Part shown: positions 37,368 to 47,094 of the stretch, one piece after another | Layout: the number at the start of each line of letters is the position of its first letter | Position numbering within the stretch: position 1 is the stretch's first letter | Origin: Gaiellaceae bacterium | Lineage (GTDB): Bacteria > Actinomycetota > Thermoleophilia > Gaiellales > Gaiellaceae | Length of the DNA stretch: 64,000 nucleotides | Assembly (NCBI GenBank): GCA_036394915.1 | Contig: DASWEE010000144.1 | Span: forward strand, 17,142-81,141 | Direction of reading: 5' to 3' | Notes under the pieces: model-generated | The model's database searches: none | The model's input: only the letters and a program-made list of their open reading frames with translations | Told to the model about the DNA's origin: nothing | Position numbers and translations under genes: made by a program

Positions 37368-38501
37368 GTGGCCGACTCATACTGGCTGGAAGAGCCGGGA
37401 CCTAAGCTTGTCAGCAAGCCGCTCTCGGGCCGGGCTGACGTCGAGATCGTCGGGGCGGGCACGACCGGGTGCTCGGCGGCGCGCACGCTCGCGGAAGCCG
37501 GATTGCGAGTGCGCGTGCACGACGCTCGGACGGTCGCCGGCGGCGCGAGCGGACGGAACGGCGGCTTCGCCCTCCGGGGCGGCGCCATGGCCTACGACCG
37601 GGCGCGTGAATGGCTCGGCGCCGAGGAGGCTCGGGGCTACTGGGCCCTGACCGAGCGGTACCTCGAGCGGCTTGCCGGCGCCGTGGGCGACGCCCTCCGA
37701 CCGGTTGGCAGCCTTCGGCTGGCAGCCGACGAGGAGGAGCGCGACGAGCTCCGTCGTGAGTACGAGGCGCTGCGCGAGGACGGTTTCGACGCCGAGTGGC
37801 GCGAGCCGCTCCAGGCCCCTCTGGGCCGGCGCTTCCCGGCCGCGATGTTCCATCCGCCGGACGCGTCCGTCCAGCCCGCCCGGATGACCCGGAGGCTGGC
37901 CGCGCGCGCGATCGAGGCGGGAGTCGAGATCGTCGAGCGCCACCGGGTCGAGTCGCTCGATGAGCTCGAGGCCGAGCGCGTCCTCGTCGCGACGGACGGC
38001 TATCCGAGCGGCTTGCTCGGGCAGCTCGAGGGGCTGATCATCCCTACGCGCGGTCAGATGATCGCGACGGAACCCGTTCCCGAGCCGCTCTTTCCATATC
38101 CCCACTACGGCCGCCACGGCTTCGATTACTGGCAGCAGGTGAAGGACGGGCGGATCCTGGCGGGAGGCTTCCGCGACGCTGACATGACGACGGAATTCAC
38201 GGCGGAGGAGCAAACGACGCCGACGATCCAGCGAGCGCTCGAGGACTTCCTCGTCGAGCTCGTGGGGCGTCCTCTCGAGGTGACGCAGCGCTGGGCCGGA
38301 ATCTTCGGGCTCGTGCTCGACTTTCTTCCCGTCGTCGGCGCTGTGCCCGGCGACGGCCGCCTGTGGGTGTCGGGCGGCTATTCGGGGCACGGCAACGTGC
38401 TCGCCTTCATGTGCGGCGACATGGTCGCCAAGGCGATGCTGGGCAAGCAGGTGCCTGAGCTCCAGCTGTTCGACCCCGCCCGGTTGCTGACGCCGGCCTA
38501 G
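37368..38501 (+). CDS. FAD-dependent oxidoreductase (DAO/glycine oxidase-like)
   Basis: Dinucleotide fold 'VEIVGAGTTGCSAARTLAEAG', 'SGRNGG', C-terminal 'GGYSGHG'. Confidence 0.8.
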   Translation: MADSYWLEEPGPKLVSKPLSGRADVEIVGAGTTGCSAARTLAEAGLRVRVHDARTVAGGASGRNGGFALRGGAMAYDRAREWLGAEEARGYWALTERYLERLAGAVGDALRPVGSLRLAADEEERDELRREYEALREDGFDAEWREPLQAPLGRRFPAAMFHPPDASVQPARMTRRLAARAIEAGVEIVERHRVESLDELEAERVLVATDGYPSGLLGQLEGLIIPTRGQMIATEPVPEPLFPYPHYGRHGFDYWQQVKDGRILAGGFRDADMTTEFTAEEQTTPTIQRALEDFLVELVGRPLEVTQRWAGIFGLVLDFLPVVGAVPGDGRLWVSGGYSGHGNVLAFMCGDMVAKAMLGKQVPELQLFDPARLLTPA

Positions 38502-39301
38502 GAGTCGTGCGGCGGCGGTGCGGGCGACGGCTTGCTCGGCGCCCCGCCGATCAGGTTCGTAAACCGCCTGTTGAAGCGAGATCCCCAGGTCTGCCCGTTG
38601 TCGTAGCGGGCATGCGAACGCTGGAGCTTCCGCGGGCTTCGCTTGTAGAACCACTTCGCCCACGGCGAATGCGGCCTGGCCAGGCGGATCGCTCCGACGA
38701 AGCCGAGCAGCGGGATGAAGATGCTGAGCATCCCGAGCATCAGCTTTCCTTTCAGGAAGGTGACGGTGGCCAGGCCGATATTGAGCGCGAGCACCCCGAT
38801 CCCGGCCCAGCGCCCCCCGACCGTCTCGTCGTGAATCCCGAACGGCGACACGCCGACGAGCAGCAGCGCGGCGAGCATGACGCCCATTACGGTCGCGTCG
38901 ACGGAGCTGCGACCCTCGGGCGACCAGTAGACGTCCTTCAGGTACAGGGAAAGGGCGAACTCGTCGAGCGTCAGCGCCGCGCCGGAGCCGAAGAAGATGG
39001 CCAGGATCTCACGCCCGATGCCGGTCGGCCACGCGGCGAACGCGATCAGGCCGGACGTGAGCACGATCAGGATCCCGATCACCATGTGGTGCAGGTGGAC
39101 GCCGTGCACGCTGCCGCTGCCCCAGCCGCGCACGCGCGCGAGCCGCGTGTACAGGCGCGTGATCCCAAAGGTGATCATGAACGCGAGGATCAGGAGGAGG
39201 AGAGGCTCTTTCCCTGCGGCGACGATGTCCGTGTCGTAGCCGGGGATGAAGTGGAAGACGTCGAGGGTGTGCTCGAGGCTGTTGACGCTTGCGAGCATCA
39301 T
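38498..39301 (-). CDS. Integral membrane protein, unknown function
   Basis: Start taken at 'MMLASV'. About 6 hydrophobic helices. The upstream part of the tracked ORF (to 39514) is Arg/Ser-rich junk overlapping the next gene. Confidence 0.6.
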   Translation of the reverse strand: MMLASVNSLEHTLDVFHFIPGYDTDIVAAGKEPLLLLILAFMITFGITRLYTRLARVRGWGSGSVHGVHLHHMVIGILIVLTSGLIAFAAWPTGIGREILAIFFGSGAALTLDEFALSLYLKDVYWSPEGRSSVDATVMGVMLAALLLVGVSPFGIHDETVGGRWAGIGVLALNIGLATVTFLKGKLMLGMLSIFIPLLGFVGAIRLARPHSPWAKWFYKRSPRKLQRSHARYDNGQTWGSRFNRRFTNLIGGAPSKPSPAPPPHDS

Positions 39302-39311
39302 CGCGGCAAGG

Positions 39312-40253
39312 CTATAGCTCGACGGACTGAAGCTCAGGCAGCGCGTCGATCCGGTCGAGCGCGGCGAGCGCGATCGCGAGATCCTGGATCGCCAGGCCGG
39401 TCGAGTCGAAGACGGTCGCCTCCTCAGAGGTGCTCCGCCCCGGCGCCGCCCCGGCAAGCACGGCCCCGAGCTCGGTGACGTCCTCCCGGCCGAGGATGCC
39501 CGCCTCGACCGCATGGACGAGGTCGCCGTTGTGACTCGCCTGCGTCCAGTCGTCGCAGAAGACGCGAACCCGTGCGAGCTCCTCGACCGCGATCTCGGCC
39601 TTGCCCGGTCCGTCGGCGCCCATCAGGCTCGCGTGCTGCCCCGGCTGCAGCGATCTCGGGCCGAGCACGATCTCGTGCCCCGGGGTGACGGTCACGACGA
39701 GATCGGCGGCGAGCGCCTGCTCGCGGCTCGAGGCCAGGCCTGCGCCGATCTCCTCGGCAGCCGTCTGTGCCCGGGTCTCGTCGAGATCCCACAGCAGCGG
39801 CTTGCGCCCGCGAGCGACGAAGCTGCGCGCCGCCGCCTTCCCGTTCACGCCGGCGCCGATGACGGCAGCGGTCTCGGCATCCTCGCGCCCAAGCGTCTCG
39901 GCCGCGAGCACCGCCGCAGCTCCGGTTCGAAGCGCCGTGATCGCCCCCGCGTCGAATGCGGCCTCGAGCAGGCCGTTCGAAGCGTTCGAGAGCAGCGCCA
40001 GGCCCATCACCGTTGGTAGCCCCTGCGCGGGATTGCCGGGAAAGGAGGTCACCCACTTGAGCAGCGCGTGTCCGCCGCCGAGCGCGGGCATGGCGCGAAA
40101 GTCACCTGCCGGATAGGCCGGGACGTAGACCTTGGGCGGCATCGACCACTCGCCTCGTGCGTAGGCCACGAATGCGTCGCGAACCGCCTCGACGGCTCGC
40201 TCCGAGCTAACCGCCGCCTCCACGTCGGCGGCGGAGAAGAAGGGAACCTTCAC
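39312..40253 (-). CDS. Ornithine cyclodeaminase / mu-crystallin family protein
   Basis: GTG 40253 gives 'VKVPFFSAADVEAAV'. 'ITALRTGAA', 'VIGAGVNGKAAA'. The upstream part of the tracked 517-aa ORF is antisense to the ABC ATPase. Confidence 0.8.
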   Translation of the reverse strand: MKVPFFSAADVEAAVSSERAVEAVRDAFVAYARGEWSMPPKVYVPAYPAGDFRAMPALGGGHALLKWVTSFPGNPAQGLPTVMGLALLSNASNGLLEAAFDAGAITALRTGAAAVLAAETLGREDAETAAVIGAGVNGKAAARSFVARGRKPLLWDLDETRAQTAAEEIGAGLASSREQALAADLVVTVTPGHEIVLGPRSLQPGQHASLMGADGPGKAEIAVEELARVRVFCDDWTQASHNGDLVHAVEAGILGREDVTELGAVLAGAAPGRSTSEEATVFDSTGLAIQDLAIALAALDRIDALPELQSVEL

Positions 40254-40271
40254 GGCTTGTAGCGTAAGCGT

Positions 40272-40994
40272 GTGATGGCCGCCCGGGCAGCTCCGATCGC
40301 CGTCGAGCACCTCCACGTTGTCCGGGGCGGCAATACCGTGCTCCCCGATCTCTCGCTCGCGGTCGGAAGCGGCCGCGTGACCGGACTGCTCGGCCCGAGC
40401 GGTGCGGGCAAGACGACGTTGATCCGCGCGATCGTCGGCGTTCAGCGGATCCAGAGCGGCGAGGTCCGGGTGCTGGGCGAGCCGGCGGGGTCGGAGTCGC
40501 TCCGCTCCCGGGTGGGCTACGTGACGCAGGCGCCGTCCGTGTACGGAGACCTGAGCGTATGGGAGAACCTCCGCTACTTCGGCCGGGTTTTGGACGTCCC
40601 GGCCGCGAGGATTGACGAGGTGATCGAGACGGTTGGGCTTCCGCAATTCGCAGGACGGGTCGTCAACAGCCTCTCTGGAGGTGAGCGCGCCCGCGTCTCG
40701 CTTGCGACGGCACTCCTCAACCGCCCACCGGTTTTCGTGCTCGACGAGCCGACGGTTGGGCTCGATCCAGTGCTCCGCCGAGCTCTTTGGGCGACGTTCC
40801 ACGCCCTTGCCGGCGAAGGGTCGACGCTGCTCATCTCTAGCCATGTCATGGACGAGGCGGAGCACTGCGACCAGCTCGTACTGCTGCGGGAGGGTCGGGT
40901 GCTGGCGGCCGAGAGCCCTGATGAGCTTCTGCGCCGGACGGGCGCGAGCTCGCTCGGGGACGCCTTCCTGCGCCTGATCGAGGGCGAGAGATGA
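40272..40994 (+). CDS. ABC transporter ATP-binding protein (ABC-2/DrrA-like)
   Basis: 'GPSGAGKTT', 'LSGGERARVSLA', 'FVLDEPTVGLD'. Confidence 0.9.
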   Translation: MMAARAAPIAVEHLHVVRGGNTVLPDLSLAVGSGRVTGLLGPSGAGKTTLIRAIVGVQRIQSGEVRVLGEPAGSESLRSRVGYVTQAPSVYGDLSVWENLRYFGRVLDVPAARIDEVIETVGLPQFAGRVVNSLSGGERARVSLATALLNRPPVFVLDEPTVGLDPVLRRALWATFHALAGEGSTLLISSHVMDEAEHCDQLVLLREGRVLAAESPDELLRRTGASSLGDAFLRLIEGER

Positions 40995-41725
40995 GCCTGC
41001 GCGTCACGACCGCGACTGCGCTTCGCGTTCTCGCTCAGCTTCGCCGGGATCCGCGCACGATCGCGCTCCTGCTCGTCGTCCCGTCGGCGCTCGTGACGCT
41101 GCTGAAGTACGTCCTCGAAGGACAGCCGGGGAGCTTCGACCGGATCGGAGGCCCGCTGCTCGGCCTGTTCCCCTTCATCACCATGTTCCTAGTCACCTCG
41201 ATCACGATGCTGCGCGAGCGGACGACCGGGACGCTCGAGCGGCTGATGACGATGCCGCTGGCCAAGCTCGATCTGCTGCTCGGGTACGGCGCGGCGTTCG
41301 CGCTCGTGGCTGCTGTGCAGGCCGCCGTCACCTCGGCGATCGCTCTCGGCGCGCTCGACCTCCACGTCGGCGGGTCGAGCTGGGCCGTGGTCGGGCTCGC
41401 GATCGGAAACGCGGTGCTCGGGATGTCGCTCGGCCTGTTCGTCAGCGCGTTCGCGGCCACGGAGTTCCAGGCCGTGCAGTTCCTGCCCGCCTTCGTCTTT
41501 CCGCAGCTCCTGCTGTGCGGGCTGTTCGTGCCCCGCGACCAGATGGCACGTGCGTTCGAGATCGCCTCGTACTGTCTGCCGCTGACCTACGCCTACGACG
41601 CCCTCGAGCGGGTCACCAGAGGCAGCGGCGGCTCGAGGATCGGGCTCGACGTGGGTGTCGTTGTCGGGGTGACGCTGCTCGCGCTCGCCTTGGGGGCGCT
41701 GACGCTGCGCCGGCGGACGGCCTAG
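40991..41725 (+). CDS. ABC-2 type transporter permease
   Basis: Six hydrophobic segments. ATGA coupling to the ATPase gene. Confidence 0.85.
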   Translation: MSLRVTTATALRVLAQLRRDPRTIALLLVVPSALVTLLKYVLEGQPGSFDRIGGPLLGLFPFITMFLVTSITMLRERTTGTLERLMTMPLAKLDLLLGYGAAFALVAAVQAAVTSAIALGALDLHVGGSSWAVVGLAIGNAVLGMSLGLFVSAFAATEFQAVQFLPAFVFPQLLLCGLFVPRDQMARAFEIASYCLPLTYAYDALERVTRGSGGSRIGLDVGVVVGVTLLALALGALTLRRRTA

Positions 41726-41739
41726 CCGCAGAAGTCACT

Positions 41740-41815
41740 CTCTCGGCTCAATCTCGTTTCGCATGCGTGCGGGATTTCCGCTTATGCTCGCAGTGGGGAG
41801 GAGGATGGTGACCCC
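41740..41815 (-). repeat. 76-nt conserved element, copy 1 (minus orientation), directly 3' of the methyltransferase stop
   Basis: The reverse complement aligns without gaps to 60871..60946, about 56/76 identical by hand count. Invariant 'CCTCCTCCCCACTGCGA'. Confidence 0.7.
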
Positions 41816-41821
41816 GGGGTT

Positions 41822-42565
41822 TCAGGAGGCGAGGCGGGCGCGGATGAGCGCCCGGCCCGAACCGAGGCTGAGTGGCTCCTCGCTCCCCGCATCCAGGCCC
41901 TCGACGTCCGCGAACCCAGCTTCCTCGAGCTGGGTTCGCAGTTCTCTGGCCGTATAGACGCGGATCGAGCTCCGGTTCTTCGAGACGATGTCTCCCTCGC
42001 GGATGAACGTCCATTCTGTGCCGACCCGTCCGGAGACCTCGTCCCAGTCGCGTTCCTGCAGGACTACGACATCGCCGATCCGCTCCCACCCGCGTGGCTG
42101 GAACTTCGGAAACAGCGTCTCCGCGAGATGCGTGTCGACGAGGAACCACGACCCCGGCCTGAGCACCCGGGCGGCCGCGGCGAGAAAGGCCGCGTTGCCC
42201 TCGTCGTCGAAGTAGCCAAAGCTGCCACCGAAACAGAATGCGCCGTCGAACTCGCGTGTCCACGGCAGGTCGCGCATGTCGCCCTCGACCCAGTCGATCT
42301 CGACGCCGGTCTCCGACGCGCGCCGGCGGGCGTCCTCTAGGTACTCCGGCGTGACGTCGACGCCGGTCATCGTGTAGCCGCGCTCGGCGAGCGGGATCGT
42401 CAGACGGCCGACGCCGCAGGGCACGTCGAGCATCCGCGCGCTCGGCTCGGGCTCGAGCATGCGCTCGATCCGGTCGACTTGCGCAGCGGTTCGCTCCGGA
42501 TCGATGGCGTCGCCGACGACCTCGGCCCAGCCTTCAGGGAAGAACGAGCGCCACCAGTCGTCCAT
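41822..42565 (-). CDS. Class I SAM-dependent methyltransferase
   Basis: 'MLDVPCGVGRLTIPLAERG', 'FDGAFCFGGSFGYF'. The tracked 641-aa ORF extends spuriously across pntB. Confidence 0.8.
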   Translation of the reverse strand: MDDWWRSFFPEGWAEVVGDAIDPERTAAQVDRIERMLEPEPSARMLDVPCGVGRLTIPLAERGYTMTGVDVTPEYLEDARRRASETGVEIDWVEGDMRDLPWTREFDGAFCFGGSFGYFDDEGNAAFLAAAARVLRPGSWFLVDTHLAETLFPKFQPRGWERIGDVVVLQERDWDEVSGRVGTEWTFIREGDIVSKNRSSIRVYTARELRTQLEEAGFADVEGLDAGSEEPLSLGSGRALIRARLAS

Positions 42566-42567
42566 GC

Positions 42568-43962
42568 CTAGAGAGCCTTGACATCTTCGACGAGCGCGGA
42601 CACCGCGTCCTTCGCGTCGGCGAACAGCATCACGGTCTTCGGATCGCGATAGAGCGGGTTGTCGATCCCGGCGAAGCCGGGGTTCATGCTCCGCTTGATC
42701 ACGACGACGTTCTTCGCGTGATCCACGTCCAGGATCGGCATCCCGTAGATGGGGCTCCCCGGCTGGTTGCGCGCGGCCGGATTGGTGACGTCGTTGGCGC
42801 CGATCACGAGCGCGACGTCGGTCTCCGGGAAGTCGGAGTTGATCTGATCCATCTCGTACAGCTGGTCGTAGGGCACGTTCGCCTCCGCGAGGAGGACGTT
42901 CATGTGTCCCGGCATCCGCCCCGCCACCGGATGGATCGCGTAGCGCACGTCGACGCCCCGCCGCTCGAGCTCGTCCGCGAGCTTGCGGACGTCGTGCTGG
43001 GCCTGTGCGACAGCGAGCCCGTAGCCGGGGATGATGATCACGCGGCGCGCGTACGCGAGCATGACGGCAACGTCGTCGGCGGTGGCGGAGCGAACTGCCC
43101 CGTCCCCGGCGGCCGCCGCAGCCTCCGGCGCGACGGCGAGCTGGCCGAAGGCGCCGAAGATCACGTTCGCCACCGAGCGCCCCATCGCGCGGGCCATCTT
43201 CAGCGTCAGCAGCGTCCCCGATGCGCCGACGAGCATCCCGCTCACGATCAGGACGTTCTCGTGCAGCACGAAGCCGGTCGCTGAGGCGGCGACCCCCGTC
43301 GCAGCGTTCAGCAGAGAGATCACGACCGGCATGTCGGCGCCGCCGATCGGCAGCACGAACAGGATCCCGAAGAGGAGAGCCCCGCAGATCAGCGCGATGA
43401 AGAGCCCCTGCTTCTGCGGGCCCGCGACGATCACGATCCCGAGTGCGATCAGTCCCACGAAGAGGGCCATGTTCCCGACCTTCTGGCCCGGATAGACGAT
43501 CGGGCGGCCGCTGATCAAGTCCTGGAGCTTCCCGAACGCGACCATGCTGCCCGCAAACGAGATGCTCCCGATCAGAGCCGACAGGACCGTGGAGATCGAG
43601 CTCTCCGCAGACAGGCGCCCCGGATCGGGCGCGTGGGCGTGGAACTCCGCCAGCGCCACCAGTGCGGCCGCCCCGCCGCCGACGCCGTTGAACAGCGCCA
43701 CCATCTGCGGCATCGCCGTCATCTTCACCGCGCGCGCCGCGTACCATCCGACCGGGGTGAAGATCGCCATCACGACGAGGATGGAGACGTAGTTGTGCAG
43801 GCCGGCGCGTGCGAACGTGGCCCCGATCGCGATCGCCATCCCGCCCGCCCCGAACCAGGTTCCGAGCCGCGCATGGGCGGGTGAGGACAGGAACCGCAGG
43901 GCCAGGATGAAGGTCACGATTGTGACCAGGTAGGCGAGGTTAATCGCGTCGTTCCGGCTCAC
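42568..43962 (-). CDS. pntB: NAD(P) transhydrogenase subunit beta
   Basis: Multi-TM N-terminal part and dIII domain 'IIPGYGLAVAQAQH', 'GANDVTNPAA'. Confidence 0.9.
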   Translation of the reverse strand: MSRNDAINLAYLVTIVTFILALRFLSSPAHARLGTWFGAGGMAIAIGATFARAGLHNYVSILVVMAIFTPVGWYAARAVKMTAMPQMVALFNGVGGGAAALVALAEFHAHAPDPGRLSAESSISTVLSALIGSISFAGSMVAFGKLQDLISGRPIVYPGQKVGNMALFVGLIALGIVIVAGPQKQGLFIALICGALLFGILFVLPIGGADMPVVISLLNAATGVAASATGFVLHENVLIVSGMLVGASGTLLTLKMARAMGRSVANVIFGAFGQLAVAPEAAAAAGDGAVRSATADDVAVMLAYARRVIIIPGYGLAVAQAQHDVRKLADELERRGVDVRYAIHPVAGRMPGHMNVLLAEANVPYDQLYEMDQINSDFPETDVALVIGANDVTNPAARNQPGSPIYGMPILDVDHAKNVVVIKRSMNPGFAGIDNPLYRDPKTVMLFADAKDAVSALVEDVKAL

Positions 43963-44257
43963 TGCCCTCCTCGGGCTTGCGCTTGAACATCTCCAGCATG
44001 CGGTCGGTGACGACGAACCCGCCGACGACGTTCATCGTCCCGAGCGCGACCGCGGTAAGCGAGACGACCCTGATCCACGTGTCCTGGTCCGGCAGGCCGG
44101 CGACGATGATCGCCCCGACGAGCACGATCCCGTGGATCGCGTTCGTGCCCGACATCAGGGGTGTGTGCAGGAGCGTCGGCACCTTCGAGATCACCTCGAA
44201 GCCGACGAAGACCGCGAGCACGAGCACCGTCAGCTCGATGATGAACTGGCTCGGCAC
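43940..44257 (-). CDS. pntAB: NAD(P) transhydrogenase subunit alpha part 2 (membrane)
   Basis: 105 aa, three TM helices, 'TPLMSGTNAIHGIV'. Confidence 0.85.
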   Translation of the reverse strand: MPSQFIIELTVLVLAVFVGFEVISKVPTLLHTPLMSGTNAIHGIVLVGAIIVAGLPDQDTWIRVVSLTAVALGTMNVVGGFVVTDRMLEMFKRKPEEGSEPERRD

Positions 44258-45357
44258 TACGCACGCACCTCTTCGCGCCTGGTCACGCAGGCGCCCGCGG
44301 TGATCTCGTCCTCGAAGTCGAGCTGCAGCTCGCCGTCCACGACGAGATGGTTGAGCAGGGCGCCCACGTTCTTCGAGTACAGCTGGCTCGCGTGTGCGGG
44401 CATCGTGCTCGGCAGGTTGGTGAGGCCCACGATCGTGACGCCTTCGCGCACGACCTCCTCGCCGGGCTCGGTCAGCTCGCAGTTCCCGCCCGCCTCCGCC
44501 GCGAGATCGACGATCACCGAGCCAGGGCGCATTCCTTCGACGGCCGAGGCAGGGATCAGCTTCGGCGCCGGCCGCCCCGGAATCAGCGCCGTCGTGATCA
44601 CCACGTCGAACTCGGGGATCCGCCGCGCGAGCTCGTCCTGCTGGCGGCGCTGCTCCTCCTCGGTCAGCTCCCGCGCGTAGCCGCCCTCGGTCTCCTCGCC
44701 CACGACGCCGAGTTCGAGGAAGGTCGCGCCGAGCGACTCGACCTGCTCCTTCACGACCGGCCGGATGTCGAAGCCCGAGACGACGCCTCCCAGCCGGCGC
44801 GCCGTCGCGATCGCCTGCAGGCCGGCGACGCCGGCGCCGAGGACGAGCACCTTCGCCGGCGCAACCGTCCCCGCAGCCGTCATCAGCATCGGGAAGAACT
44901 TCGGCAGCCGGTCGGCAGCGATCAGGACGGCCTTGTAGCCGCCGACCGTGCTCTGCGACGAGAGCGCGTCCATCGCCTGTGCGCGCGTGATCCGGGGAAT
45001 CGACTCCATCGCAAAGGCCGTGATTCCGCCCTTCGACAGTTGCTCGATTCCCTTGGGGTCGGTGAGCGGCTCGAGGAAGGCGATCAGGACGGCCCCCTCG
45101 GGCACGGCGGCAATCTCCTCTTCGGACGGCTTCCGCACCCGGACGACGGCGTCGGCATCCCGGTAGAGCTCGTCCGGGCCGGTAGCGATCGTCGCACCGG
45201 CCTCGCGATAGGCGTCGTCCGGAAACGAGGCCGGCTCCCCGGCCCCCGCCTGGACGGCGACGTCGAGCCCGGCGGCGGTCAGGCGCGAGACCGTCTCGGG
45301 CACGAGCGCGACGCGGCGTTCTCCTGCTTCCGTCTCCTTGGGAACCGCGATCTTCAC
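44257..45357 (-). CDS. pntAA: NAD(P) transhydrogenase subunit alpha part 1 (AlaDH-like dI)
   Basis: 'MKIAVPKETEAGERRVA', 'VLGAGVAGLQAIATARRLG'. Confidence 0.9.
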   Translation of the reverse strand: MKIAVPKETEAGERRVALVPETVSRLTAAGLDVAVQAGAGEPASFPDDAYREAGATIATGPDELYRDADAVVRVRKPSEEEIAAVPEGAVLIAFLEPLTDPKGIEQLSKGGITAFAMESIPRITRAQAMDALSSQSTVGGYKAVLIAADRLPKFFPMLMTAAGTVAPAKVLVLGAGVAGLQAIATARRLGGVVSGFDIRPVVKEQVESLGATFLELGVVGEETEGGYARELTEEEQRRQQDELARRIPEFDVVITTALIPGRPAPKLIPASAVEGMRPGSVIVDLAAEAGGNCELTEPGEEVVREGVTIVGLTNLPSTMPAHASQLYSKNVGALLNHLVVDGELQLDFEDEITAGACVTRREEVRA

Positions 45358-45391
45358 GGCCGCAACTCTATTCGCGGGGTACGGTCCCCGT

Positions 45392-45982
45392 GTGACTCAT
45401 CTGGTCGAGAACTACGGCCTGATCATCCTTTTCCTGCTGGTCGGAATGGAGTCGGCGGGAGTCCCCTTGCCGGGGGAGACGGCGCTCGTGACGGCGGGCG
45501 TGCTCGCGTCCCGCGGGAATCTCGACATCGTCGAGGTGATCGTCGTTGCGGCGTCGGCGGCGATTCTCGGCGACAACGCCGGCTACTGGATCGGGCGAGA
45601 GGGAGGGCTGCGGCTGCTCGACCGCTGGGAATTCACGCGACGGCTGCGCGATCGGCTCTTACCCCCGGCGAAGCGCTTCTTCGACGCCCACGGAGGGAAG
45701 ACGATCTTCATCGCCCGCTTCGTCGCCGTCCTGCGCGTGACCGCCGCGTGGATCGCCGGAATGACCCACATGCCCTGGTGGCGGTTCCTGGTCTGGAACG
45801 CGGCGGGCGGCATCTGCTGGGCGATCCTCGTCGGCCTCGTCGCGTACTACCTCGGCCATGCCGCGGCCGATGCGATCCAGCGCTACGGCTTGATCGGAGG
45901 CGGAGTTGCGGTGGTGCTCGGGATCCTCGTCTTCGTCGGCATGCACTACCTCAGCAAGCGCGTGGTCAAGGAAGAGGACTAG
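45392..45982 (+). CDS. DedA family membrane protein
   Basis: 'ESAGVPLPGETAL', 'FIARFVAVLRV'. Start is either GTG 45392 or ATG 45338. Confidence 0.8.
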   Translation: MTHLVENYGLIILFLLVGMESAGVPLPGETALVTAGVLASRGNLDIVEVIVVAASAAILGDNAGYWIGREGGLRLLDRWEFTRRLRDRLLPPAKRFFDAHGGKTIFIARFVAVLRVTAAWIAGMTHMPWWRFLVWNAAGGICWAILVGLVAYYLGHAAADAIQRYGLIGGGVAVVLGILVFVGMHYLSKRVVKEED

Positions 45983-47040
45983 GCCTCGAGCTTCGTCCGG
46001 ACCCGGCCGATCACCTCGTCCGTGAACTCGGTCGTCGTCGCGTGTCCCCCGAGGTCTGCCGTGCGGATCCCCTGGGAGACCGCCTCGAAGCAGGCCTCGC
46101 GGATCGCGCGTGCGACATCTCTGGCCTCGTCCTCGTCCATGTGCCCGAGCAGCGCCGCTCCCGCGAGGATCATCGCCATCGGGTTCGCGATGTTCTTCCC
46201 CTCCAGCGAAGGCGCCGTGCCGTGCGCCGCCTCGGCCATCAGCGCATTCGGCTCGAAGTGGTCGTCGAAGGCGACGAGCAGCGACTCCGAGCCGGCGATC
46301 GAGCCGAACAGCGGCAGGACGAGATCGGACAGGATGTCCCCGTCCCGGTTCAGGGTCGGGATCACGAGTGGGTCGCCCGCCGACGCGACCAGGAGTGCGA
46401 ACGTCGCGTCGATCAGCTGCGGCTCGTACGGCGTCTCCGGGTGGCGCGCGGCCGCCGCGTCCATCTCCTCCTTCAGCATCCCCTCGTAGATCGGGCTGAC
46501 GGTGTACTTCGGCCCGCCGAACACCTTTGCGCCGGTGCGCTCGGCCTGCCGGAAAGCGAACTCGGCAACCGCGTGGCAGATCCGCCGCTCGATCCGCTCG
46601 GTGCGGTAGGCGACCTCGTCGTTCCCCTCGCCCTCGCGCCACTCCTTCGCCCCGTAGGCGTCGCCGACCGCCATCCGGACGATCGAGATCGGCGCGTGGA
46701 CCCCGCCGAGCGGAACGACGCCCGGAATTCGCCTCCCGGTCCGCACGATCACCCGCCCGCCGATCTCCTCGCGGAGGATTCGGTTGGGAGAGCCGACGTC
46801 GTCTGCTCCCTCCGGTGTGATCGTGGCCGCCTTCAAGCCGTAGCCGGTCTCGCGGATCGCGGCGGCCGCCTCGTACACGACCCGGTTTTGCGTGGCTCGA
46901 CGCGAGTCGAGCGAGAGATCGAACCGCGGGAATTCGAACGCGATTTCGATCACATCGGGCGCGAGGGCGCGCAACGCTTCCTCGAGCAGCTCCTGCCCGG
47001 TCTGGTCGCCTTCGAGGACAACGATCGTTCGCTCGTTCAC
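45979..47040 (-). CDS. Isocitrate/isopropylmalate dehydrogenase family protein
   Basis: 'LKAATITPEG', 'NRDGDILSDLV', 'AEAAHGTAP'. Confidence 0.85.
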   Translation of the reverse strand: MNERTIVVLEGDQTGQELLEEALRALAPDVIEIAFEFPRFDLSLDSRRATQNRVVYEAAAAIRETGYGLKAATITPEGADDVGSPNRILREEIGGRVIVRTGRRIPGVVPLGGVHAPISIVRMAVGDAYGAKEWREGEGNDEVAYRTERIERRICHAVAEFAFRQAERTGAKVFGGPKYTVSPIYEGMLKEEMDAAAARHPETPYEPQLIDATFALLVASAGDPLVIPTLNRDGDILSDLVLPLFGSIAGSESLLVAFDDHFEPNALMAEAAHGTAPSLEGKNIANPMAMILAGAALLGHMDEDEARDVARAIREACFEAVSQGIRTADLGGHATTTEFTDEVIGRVRTKLEA

Positions 47041-47094
47041 GACACGATCTTACTGCGGAGATTACGCGCGATCCGATCCGGAAACACGGCGCTC

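Noticed and set aside
41763-41957. Small ORF preceded by GGGGAGGAGG on the + strand within the 76-nt element.
   Set aside because: It is antisense to the methyltransferase. The ATG is not conserved in the other copy of the element (CTG there), and the translation is Arg/Ser/Pro-rich.
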